64,000 nucleotides of DNA from Campylobacterales bacterium. GTDB lineage: Bacteria > Campylobacterota > Campylobacteria > Campylobacterales > Nitratiruptoraceae. The position numbers and the translations under genes are program-made. The notes beneath the pieces are model-generated. The model ran no database searches and had not been told where the DNA came from. It saw only the letters and a list, made by a program, of their open reading frames with translations. Below are positions 1-6,383 of the stretch, piece after piece (positions within the stretch are counted from its first letter, which is position 1; every line of letters begins with the position of its first letter). The stretch lies in contig JALVTF010000062.1 of NCBI GenBank assembly GCA_027024145.1, forward strand, positions 12,649-76,648, in the 5' to 3' direction.

Positions 1-25
1 TATGTGCCATCATAAGGGAAAAGCT

Positions 26-1831
26 ATGATGCTAAAGGCCACCACTCGCACACGCGCGCTCTTTTTTCTCTTTTTCGATGCGCTGCTCTCATTCATTTCA
101 CTTCTCCTTGCCTATGCGCTACGTTTCAATTTCCATATCCCCGCCATCTTCTTTCATAGTTTTTGGAAAATCTACCTGCTGCTTGCTGCATCGAAAATCC
201 TCTTCTTATACCTTTTTAAGCAGTACCACTTCACCTGGCGCTACTACGGACTCTCGGAAGCGAAGCGCTTCTTCGCCGCAATCCTTGCAGCCTATACATT
301 CGCGGCACTGATTCTTTGGCTCTTTTACGACTTTTTCATCCTCTTTCCCCGTAGCGCCATCATCATCGATATGATCCTGAGCCTCATCTTCCTCGGAGGT
401 CTTCGCATCGCCAAGCGCGTCTATATCGAATCTTTTGCCAAAAAGGGTTTCAAGAGTGCCGCCATCTACGGTGTCACACACCGCACCAAGCACCTCATCG
501 ACTCGTTTCTTAGCGGCGATTTTGGCTACAAACCAGAAGTAGTCGTCGACGACGAAAGAGCCGGAAGTTTCATCAACAATATCCCCATCGTTGCAACCAA
601 GGATTTCTTCGATCGCTTCCATCACATCGAAGCCCTCATCGTAGCCAAAGAGCTCGAACCCAAAGCGCTCGACGATCTCACCAAACGTGCAAAAAAAGGG
701 GGCATCAAAGAGATCAAAATCGCTACACTCACAAAAGAGGAGCTCAAAGACCTCGATATCGAAGATCTCTTGGCGCGCAAACCAAAAGATCTCGATCGAG
801 CAGCCATCGAGAAGTTTGTCAAGAATAAAAAGGTTCTCATCACGGGAGCGGGCGGAAGCATCGGCAGCGAGCTGGTGCGCCAGTGCAAGGAATACGGCGC
901 ACAGCACATCATAGCTGTGGAGATGAGCGAATTTGCTTTGTACACTCTTACGCAGCGCTTCGAGGATATCGATGCAAGGCTTTGCGACGTGACCGATCGC
1001 AACCAGATAGAGCCTATCATCGCCCAGACGCATCCCGATATCATCCTCCACGCAGCCGCCTACAAGCACGTACCGCTGGCCGAGCGCAATCCCAAAGCCA
1101 CCGTCAAGAACAACGTCTTGGGCACCAAGAACGTGCTGGATCTGGCCATCAAATACCACGTCCCCCACTGCATTCTCATCTCCACCGACAAGGCCGTCAA
1201 TCCCACCAACATCATGGGCGCCACCAAGCGCGTGTGCGAACTCTACGCCCAAAACATCCCAAACGGCTCCACCATCATCGCGGCCGTGCGTTTTGGCAAT
1301 GTCCTTGGCAGCAGCGGCAGTGTGATACCAAAATTTAAAGAGCAGATCAAAAAGGGTGGGCCCGTCACCGTGACGCACCCAGAGGTGATGCGCTACTTCA
1401 TGCTCACTTCAGAAGCCTGCCAGCTGGTCTTGCAGGCAGCCACCATCGCCAAAGGGCGAGAAATCTTCATCCTCGATATGGGCAAGCCTGTGAGAATCGT
1501 GGATCTGGCCAAAAAGATGATGGAGCTCTACAATAAAGAGGTACCTATCGCGTTCATAGGACTCAGACCAGGAGAGAAGCTCTACGAAGAGCTGCTTTTA
1601 GAGGGCGTGGAAGAGAAGACCAAGTACCAATCCATCTACATCGCACACGCTACGCCGATGGATTTCGCTACGCTTGCGCAAAAAATAGCCACACTGCTTC
1701 AGGCCGACACACCTGCGGAAATCGTCGCAGCTCTCAAGGCTCTCGTGCCCGAATTTCACCACACACCTGCCGGGCAAACGAGAGCATCCTCTCATAATGC
1801 GTCCCGTGCCAGTAGATCCGCCCACACGTAG
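26..1831 (+). CDS. Membrane-anchored CapD/PglF/WbpM-like NDP-sugar 4,6-dehydratase (polysaccharide/glycan biosynthesis)
   Basis: ORF 2..1831. Hydrophobic N-terminal segments, Rossmann GAGGSIGSEL, and STDKAVNPTNIMGATKR typical of the CapD/PglF family. The ATG at 26 follows the SD AAGGGAAAA. The last ~25 aa look like read-through tail. Confidence 0.85.
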   Translation: MMLKATTRTRALFFLFFDALLSFISLLLAYALRFNFHIPAIFFHSFWKIYLLLAASKILFLYLFKQYHFTWRYYGLSEAKRFFAAILAAYTFAALILWLFYDFFILFPRSAIIIDMILSLIFLGGLRIAKRVYIESFAKKGFKSAAIYGVTHRTKHLIDSFLSGDFGYKPEVVVDDERAGSFINNIPIVATKDFFDRFHHIEALIVAKELEPKALDDLTKRAKKGGIKEIKIATLTKEELKDLDIEDLLARKPKDLDRAAIEKFVKNKKVLITGAGGSIGSELVRQCKEYGAQHIIAVEMSEFALYTLTQRFEDIDARLCDVTDRNQIEPIIAQTHPDIILHAAAYKHVPLAERNPKATVKNNVLGTKNVLDLAIKYHVPHCILISTDKAVNPTNIMGATKRVCELYAQNIPNGSTIIAAVRFGNVLGSSGSVIPKFKEQIKKGGPVTVTHPEVMRYFMLTSEACQLVLQAATIAKGREIFILDMGKPVRIVDLAKKMMELYNKEVPIAFIGLRPGEKLYEELLLEGVEEKTKYQSIYIAHATPMDFATLAQKIATLLQADTPAEIVAALKALVPEFHHTPAGQTRASSHNASRASRSAHT

Positions 1832-2204
1832 GACAGCGCCAAAAGTCGTTAAAAAGAGCACGCACTTTGGGCGGGAGCCTATCGATCACCTCCTCTTTTT
1901 CCACTTTTTGCAACGGTGTGTTGTCCACCAGACAGCGTGTCAATGGCTCGCATCTACACCCAAAACGGCGCAGGACATCCTGCACTACCTCAAGAATCGT
2001 ACCCTTGGGCACATAGTAGACCCGCTCGCTGCGGTTTGCCAATTCTCTGTCGCGTGTCAGGACGATGCGATTTTGCTCTTTGGCGATTGATAGAAGCGCA
2101 TCGTCGGAGATTTCGTGATAGTAGAGGGTGTCGATGCCTACAATCCGCAGATACTTGGCCACTCTGGCCAGATGTACATCGGCTACGAATCTGCAACTAT
2201 CCAT
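1734..2204 (-). CDS. Mut7-C (DUF82) PIN-like RNase domain protein with C-terminal zinc ribbon
   Basis: RFVADVHLARVAKYLRIVGIDT...LTRDRELA...RCLVDNTPL...CPTCGRIYWHGTHY matches the Mut7-C family pattern. Its start overlaps the upstream gene by 22 nt. Confidence 0.75.
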   Translation of the reverse strand: MDSCRFVADVHLARVAKYLRIVGIDTLYYHEISDDALLSIAKEQNRIVLTRDRELANRSERVYYVPKGTILEVVQDVLRRFGCRCEPLTRCLVDNTPLQKVEKEEVIDRLPPKVRALFNDFWRCPTCGRIYWHGTHYERMLSFARQVCGEIRAREP

Positions 2205-2929
2205 CCGCGCCTCTTTTTGGCATACTCCGGCACCGCGATATCGACGAAACGATAACTCTCGATAAGCGGCTCGTTGGTGTAGTCAAACACGATGGCCGAT
2301 AGGCGATTGCCATAGACCGCTCCCGTATCGATCCCGAAACTCCAGCGGTCCACGCGAGGACGCAAAAAGGGCTGATGGCCATAGACCACATACCCGTAGC
2401 GTCCATCATACAGATCGCTCCACCAAAAATGGCGCGCAGGATCGCTGGCGCCTAGATGCACGAAATTGCCTTCGTAATCGAGATAGCGCACCCGCATGAT
2501 CTGCGCAGCCGCTCTCTTGTCCAGATGATCGAGACTGGTCCCAGGCAAGATACCGGCGTGAACGACTGTTAATATCCCTACGCGCACAAAGAGTGGCAAG
2601 GATGCGAGATAAGAAATATCCTCATCCGTCATACGCTCATAGAGCACTAACTCCTCATCCTCCAACTTCATAGGATTGTGCTTGCCGGTGCGCAGGCGCT
2701 CTCTTTCGTGGCGGTGGTAGCGCAATATTTTGTCTTCATGGTTGCCGCGAATCACCGTAACGGCGTTTTCTTTGCAAAAGCGCAAAACTTCGAGGGATTT
2801 GGGGCCTTTGGCGATGATATCGCCGACACATATCTCACGATCATCACCCTGCACATCTAAGCGATTGCGCAGTGCCATCCACTCATCGAAGCAGCCGTGG
2901 ATATCACCGTAGACGATGAGTCGTGCTAT
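2183..2929 (-). CDS. PPP-family metallophosphoesterase, PrpE/ApaH-like (Ap4A hydrolase / Ser-Thr phosphatase fold)
   Basis: Motifs GDIHGC (encoded upstream of the tracked ATG at 2878), GDIIAKGP, GNHE, HAG and GH. The frame is open back to 2977 with no ATG/GTG/TTG. ATA at 2929 lies 5 nt after the SD GAAGGTG. The 5' end is uncertain. Confidence 0.75.
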   Translation of the reverse strand: MARLIVYGDIHGCFDEWMALRNRLDVQGDDREICVGDIIAKGPKSLEVLRFCKENAVTVIRGNHEDKILRYHRHERERLRTGKHNPMKLEDEELVLYERMTDEDISYLASLPLFVRVGILTVVHAGILPGTSLDHLDKRAAAQIMRVRYLDYEGNFVHLGASDPARHFWWSDLYDGRYGYVVYGHQPFLRPRVDRWSFGIDTGAVYGNRLSAIVFDYTNEPLIESYRFVDIAVPEYAKKRRGWIVADS

Positions 2930-3648
2930 GTGCGCACCTTCACTTGATTGCGGCCGCTCTCCTTGGCTTCATAGAGAGCTTCGTCGGCGCGGTGCAAGAA
3001 GCTTTGGATCGTATCATCTTTTTTGAGCGTAGTCACACCGAAGCTGCAGGTTACCTTGCCGATGCTAAAGGGTGTAGATTCCACGATACGGCGTATCTTT
3101 TCGGCCACCATCTTGGCTCCTTGCAATCCAGTGCCTGGCAAGAGCAAAACGAACTCCTCGCCGCCCCAGCGCACGAAGTACTCTTTTTGGCGGATATTGT
3201 CACGAACGATGCGCGATAGTTCTCTGAGCACCTCGTCACCCTGGAGATGACCGTGGGTGTCGTTGATCTTTTTGAAGTGATCGATATCGAAGATAACGAG
3301 CGAGAGGGGTTCATTGAGATGCTTGGCTTCGATGATCTTGATACCGCAAATTTCATTGAAAGCGTCTTTGAGGAGTGCTCCGGTAAGGGCGTCTTTTTTA
3401 TAGCATACAGGGGGAGCGACGGGTTTGGGGCGCTCTTTTGGCATCGGCTTGGGATCCTCGCTTTGCTCCTTGGCTTTTGCCTCGGCCCACGCGGGAAAGA
3501 GTGCCGCGATCGCCACGAACACCAAAGGCACGATATAGTAGCGAGGATAAATCTCAAAAGGCTCCATCACCATATAGACCTGCACCACTGCAGCCAGCCA
3601 GCCCAGCACCAAGTAGAGCAAAAGATATTTGAGATAGGCTTTGAACAT
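2926..3648 (-). CDS. Membrane-anchored diguanylate cyclase (GGDEF domain, no sensor domain)
   Basis: Two N-terminal TM segments. DIDHFKKINDTHGHLQGD and RWGGEEFVLLLPGT active-site motifs. The I-site RxxD position reads RQKE. Confidence 0.85.
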   Translation of the reverse strand: MFKAYLKYLLLYLVLGWLAAVVQVYMVMEPFEIYPRYYIVPLVFVAIAALFPAWAEAKAKEQSEDPKPMPKERPKPVAPPVCYKKDALTGALLKDAFNEICGIKIIEAKHLNEPLSLVIFDIDHFKKINDTHGHLQGDEVLRELSRIVRDNIRQKEYFVRWGGEEFVLLLPGTGLQGAKMVAEKIRRIVESTPFSIGKVTCSFGVTTLKKDDTIQSFLHRADEALYEAKESGRNQVKVRT

Positions 3649-3653
3649 GTACT

Positions 3654-4310
3654 TTAGACCTTTTCGATACTTCCCACCACACGTCCTACCACGCGCACCT
3701 CTTCGGGCGATAGGACCTCTACGGGATAGGTAGGGTTTTCGGAGATGAGCTCTACCCTATTATCGGCGCGCAGGCGCAATCTTTTTATAAATACCCCGGC
3801 AGCCGTCTCGATCATAAAAACCCCGCTCTTTTTCACGTCGCGCTGGGAGGTATCCACAAAAGCGATGCTGCCGTCTTGCAAGAGCGGCTCCATCGAATCT
3901 CCTAATACGTTCACCGCCTGGATATGCTCCAAGGCCTTGGGACCGCCCAAGATATCGACGATCTTTTCATCAAGATACAAAGGTTCGCTCACCAGCTCGT
4001 AGTTCCAGGCACCCCCGCCCGCACTGGCGTTTATTTCTTTGAAGTATTTCACATAGGCAAAGCGCTGGGTCGATTCGCACAATGAATAGGGATCTTGGTC
4101 ATAGAGCAGCCAGTTGATGTTGATACGCCGCTTGGCACAAAAGTCGAGCAGCTCTTTAATGGGCAAACGGCCGCGCTTTTTGAGCATTGAAAAGTGCTCT
4201 GGTGTAATACCCAGTGCCCTCGCCACATCCTTGTCGTACACCTTGCGTGCACCCACCTCCTGGGAGATGATATCCTTGATGCGCTCCACTACCTCCTCGA
4301 AGCTCAACAT
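3654..4310 (-). CDS. XRE-type HTH + S24 peptidase repressor (LexA / phage CI-like, self-cleaving type)
   Basis: N-terminal HTH (VARALGITPEHFSMLKKRGRLP). Ala-Gly site in NASAGGG. Ser in GDSMEP and Lys in IKRLRL. Confidence 0.8.
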   Translation of the reverse strand: MLSFEEVVERIKDIISQEVGARKVYDKDVARALGITPEHFSMLKKRGRLPIKELLDFCAKRRININWLLYDQDPYSLCESTQRFAYVKYFKEINASAGGGAWNYELVSEPLYLDEKIVDILGGPKALEHIQAVNVLGDSMEPLLQDGSIAFVDTSQRDVKKSGVFMIETAAGVFIKRLRLRADNRVELISENPTYPVEVLSPEEVRVVGRVVGSIEKV

Positions 4311-4373
4311 ATTCGCACCTTTCTCAACATTTCATTAATTTATTCTACCACACTTTCAACATATTGTTAATAT
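4303..4373. promoter_or_regulatory. Divergent promoter/operator region between the S24 repressor gene and the Y-family polymerase gene
   Basis: Extended -10 TGgTAGAAT on the minus strand (hexamer 4342-4347). Extended -10 TGtTAATAT on the plus strand (hexamer 4368-4373). TCAACAT occurs three times (4304-4310, 4324-4330, 4356-4362). Inverted repeat AACA-TAT-TGTT at 4358-4368. Confidence 0.45.
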
Positions 4374-4392
4374 TTTCGCGAAGGAGCCTGCT

Positions 4393-5679
4393 ATGAAGAT
4401 ACATTTGGATCTCGACGCCTTTTTCATCGCGGCTGAGCGCATCAAAGACCCCTCCTTGCGCGGTGTCCCGGCAGCCGTGGGCGGAAGGGGCGATCCCTTC
4501 ATCTTCGATAGCAAGAGCGCTCACAAGATCGATACCATTCACGACAACAGCGGGGCGTTCGTCCCCTCGATTTTCTACAACGCCGATGCCAACTTTCGCG
4601 ACTACTTCGTGGAAAGTCGTAAAATTCGCGGCATCATCATCACCGCCAGCTACGAAGCGAGAAAGTACGGCATCAAGACCGGCATGACCGTGCGCGAGGC
4701 CTTGGAGCTTTGCCCCCATCTTCGCGTGGTGGCGCCCAATCACCTCTTTTACCACCAGCTCTCCCACCGGCTCCATCTCTTTCTCAAACGGCGCATCCCT
4801 GCAGTGGAGCAGTTTAGCATCGACGAGTTTTTCGGAGATGTCACCGGCTGGGTGGAGCGCGAGGAGCTCGAAGATTTCTTGCGCGCTTTGCAAAAGGAGA
4901 TAGAAGAGCACCTTGGCCTTCCCATCTCCATAGGAGCGGCCAAGAGCAAGTGGACCGCCAAACTGGCCACCTCCTTTGCCAAACCCCAAGGCGTCAAAAT
5001 CGTCGACGATGTGGAGTCTTTCATCCGCGACATCCCCATCGAGGAGTTTCCCGGCATCGGACGAGGGTATCTACGACGCCTGCGGGCTCTTGGGATCACG
5101 ACGTTAGGCGAAACCCGCCAGATACGCCATATCTTTCATAGCTGGAAAAAACCTGGCATCACCCTCTATCGGCGTATCTGGGGGATCGATAACGAACCCA
5201 TCGTGCAAGCAAGTCCTCGCAAATCGATAGGAATTTCACGCACCATCGATCCCGTGAGCGATCGCGGGGAGCTGCGTCGGCGCATCCTCATCTTAGCGCG
5301 CCACCTTGCCAGCAGTATCGCGAAGCTTGGCTTGCAGCCTACCTACTACGCTCTTGGCGTGCGCTACGAAAGCGGGCTCAAAGCCAGAGCACATCTACGC
5401 TCCCATCGCCTCTTTAGCGAAAAACTGCTGCAGCGCATAGCACTAGAGCTCTTTTCGCAGTGTGACGATAGCTATACACCCGTGGTGCGGCTGGGGCTAT
5501 CGTGCAGCGGATTTTATGCAAGCAAACTCTATGACCTGTGGCATATATACGAAGATAAAAAATTGGCGCGGCTTTTGGAGTGCTCGCACAAGGTGCGCAC
5601 AAAGTTTGGTATGGATAGTTTGCGTTGGGGAGTGGAGATGTTGGAGGCGGCGAAGCCGCCTGGGGAGAATATTAGTTGA
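4393..5679 (+). CDS. Y-family (DinB/UmuC-like) translesion DNA polymerase with an atypical insertion
   Basis: DLDAFFIAAE, ASYEARKYGIKTGM and SIDEFFGDVT palm motifs. SD AAGGAG lies 6 nt upstream of the ATG. Confidence 0.85.
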   Translation: MKIHLDLDAFFIAAERIKDPSLRGVPAAVGGRGDPFIFDSKSAHKIDTIHDNSGAFVPSIFYNADANFRDYFVESRKIRGIIITASYEARKYGIKTGMTVREALELCPHLRVVAPNHLFYHQLSHRLHLFLKRRIPAVEQFSIDEFFGDVTGWVEREELEDFLRALQKEIEEHLGLPISIGAAKSKWTAKLATSFAKPQGVKIVDDVESFIRDIPIEEFPGIGRGYLRRLRALGITTLGETRQIRHIFHSWKKPGITLYRRIWGIDNEPIVQASPRKSIGISRTIDPVSDRGELRRRILILARHLASSIAKLGLQPTYYALGVRYESGLKARAHLRSHRLFSEKLLQRIALELFSQCDDSYTPVVRLGLSCSGFYASKLYDLWHIYEDKKLARLLECSHKVRTKFGMDSLRWGVEMLEAAKPPGENIS

Positions 5680-5941
5680 ATTCTCTTCGTGGTCTTTGCT
5701 CTCTTGGGCGGGCTTCGTTGACTTTGAGGACGCGTCCTTCGAACTCTTTGCCGTCCAGCGCTTCGATAGCCGCCGTGGCATCGCTATCTTCCATCTCTAC
5801 GAAACCAAAACCTCTGGGGCGTCCCGTTTCTCTGTCTGTGATGAGTTTGACTGAACTCACTTCTCCGTACTGTGCGAAAAGATCGCGTACGTCCTCTTCA
5901 CTGCTTCTGTATGGCAAGTTGCCTACATAGATCTGCTTCAT
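5672..5941 (-). CDS. RRM-type RNA-binding protein (RNP-1/RNP-2)
   Basis: IYVGNL (RNP-2) and RGFGFVEM (RNP-1). The ATG at 5941 follows the SD AGGAA. The tracked ORF start at 5992 is an upstream extension. Confidence 0.85.
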   Translation of the reverse strand: MKQIYVGNLPYRSSEEDVRDLFAQYGEVSSVKLITDRETGRPRGFGFVEMEDSDATAAIEALDGKEFEGRVLKVNEARPREQRPRREFN

Positions 5942-5967
5942 CGAATGTTCCTTTGAAAATAATGCAT

Positions 5968-5996
5968 CCCGATTTTTATCGGGTAGAACCATTATA
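5968..5996 (-). promoter_or_regulatory. Putative -10 (TATAAT, 5991-5996) and 5'-UTR hairpin (5968-5983) of the RRM gene
   Basis: The minus strand reads cagcTATAATgg, then CCCGAT-aaaa-ATCGGG, then the SD. Confidence 0.35.
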
Positions 5997-6025
5997 GCTG
6001 TTTTTTGAAAAAAAAGATAGGGCAG

Positions 6026-6102
6026 TGGTGTCCCGGGCGGGATTCGAACCCACGACCTTCGGATTAGGAATCCGATGCTCTATCCTGCTGAGCTACCGGG
6101 AC
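6026..6102 (-). tRNA. tRNA-Arg (anticodon CCT)
   Basis: Cloverleaf read by eye: GTCCCGG acceptor, TAGCTCAGCAGGATAGAGC D-arm, anticodon loop TTCCTAA, GGTTCGAATCC T-loop, encoded CCA. Confidence 0.9.
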
Positions 6103-6383
6103 GCGCAGACGTATGTGACGCCTGTTGGCGTATATGCGGCGTGCGGCTTGTCGGGAAGCGATTCGAGTCTGTCTCCTGGATGGAGTTGCAACTCTTGACC
6201 ATCTTCGATGATGACAAGTGTTCCCTCTATTACCCAGCGCACTTCGTAGTGGGGATGGGTATGCACGGGATAGCGGGTATCTTTGGCGTCATGCCAGGTG
6301 AAGATATTGAAAAAACCCTCCTTGCGGAGGGTTTCGTAGATTTTGGATTTGTCGGTAACGTCGGTGTGGATGACCTTAGCCAT
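6093..6383 (-). CDS. Small cupin-domain protein
   Basis: [16 protein letters not shown]...LHPGDRL cupin motifs. The ATG at 6383 overlaps the fusA stop (ATGGCTAA). The stop lies inside tRNA-Arg. Confidence 0.7.
   Translation of the reverse strand: MAKVIHTDVTDKSKIYETLRKEGFFNIFTWHDAKDTRYPVHTHPHYEVRWVIEGTLVIIEDGQELQLHPGDRLESLPDKPHAAYTPTGVTYVCASR

Noticed and set aside
2926-2980. Possible programmed -1 frameshift fusing the GGDEF protein to the downstream phosphoesterase. The phosphoesterase frame is the -1 frame and has no canonical start.
   Set aside because: - There is no slippery X XXY YYZ heptamer between the upstream in-frame TGA (2978-2980) and the GGDEF stop.
- A good SD lies 5 nt before an ATA codon, which gives a simpler explanation.
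4345-4989. A 214-aa minus-strand ORF overlapping the 5' half of the Y-family polymerase gene and the intergenic operator region.
   Set aside because: - It is antisense to a gene with clear polymerase motifs.
- It shows no recognisable domain and has no SD.
- It would run through the divergent promoter region.
1734-6102. Genomic island integrated at the 3' end of tRNA-Arg(CCT). The accessory-looking genes (RRM protein, Y-family polymerase, S24 repressor operon) lie directly downstream of the tRNA.
   Set aside because: - There is no integrase, recombinase or transposase.
- By eye I found no direct repeat of the tRNA 3' end anywhere in 1-6000.
- There is no obvious compositional break.
- The S24 repressor alone is not evidence of a prophage.
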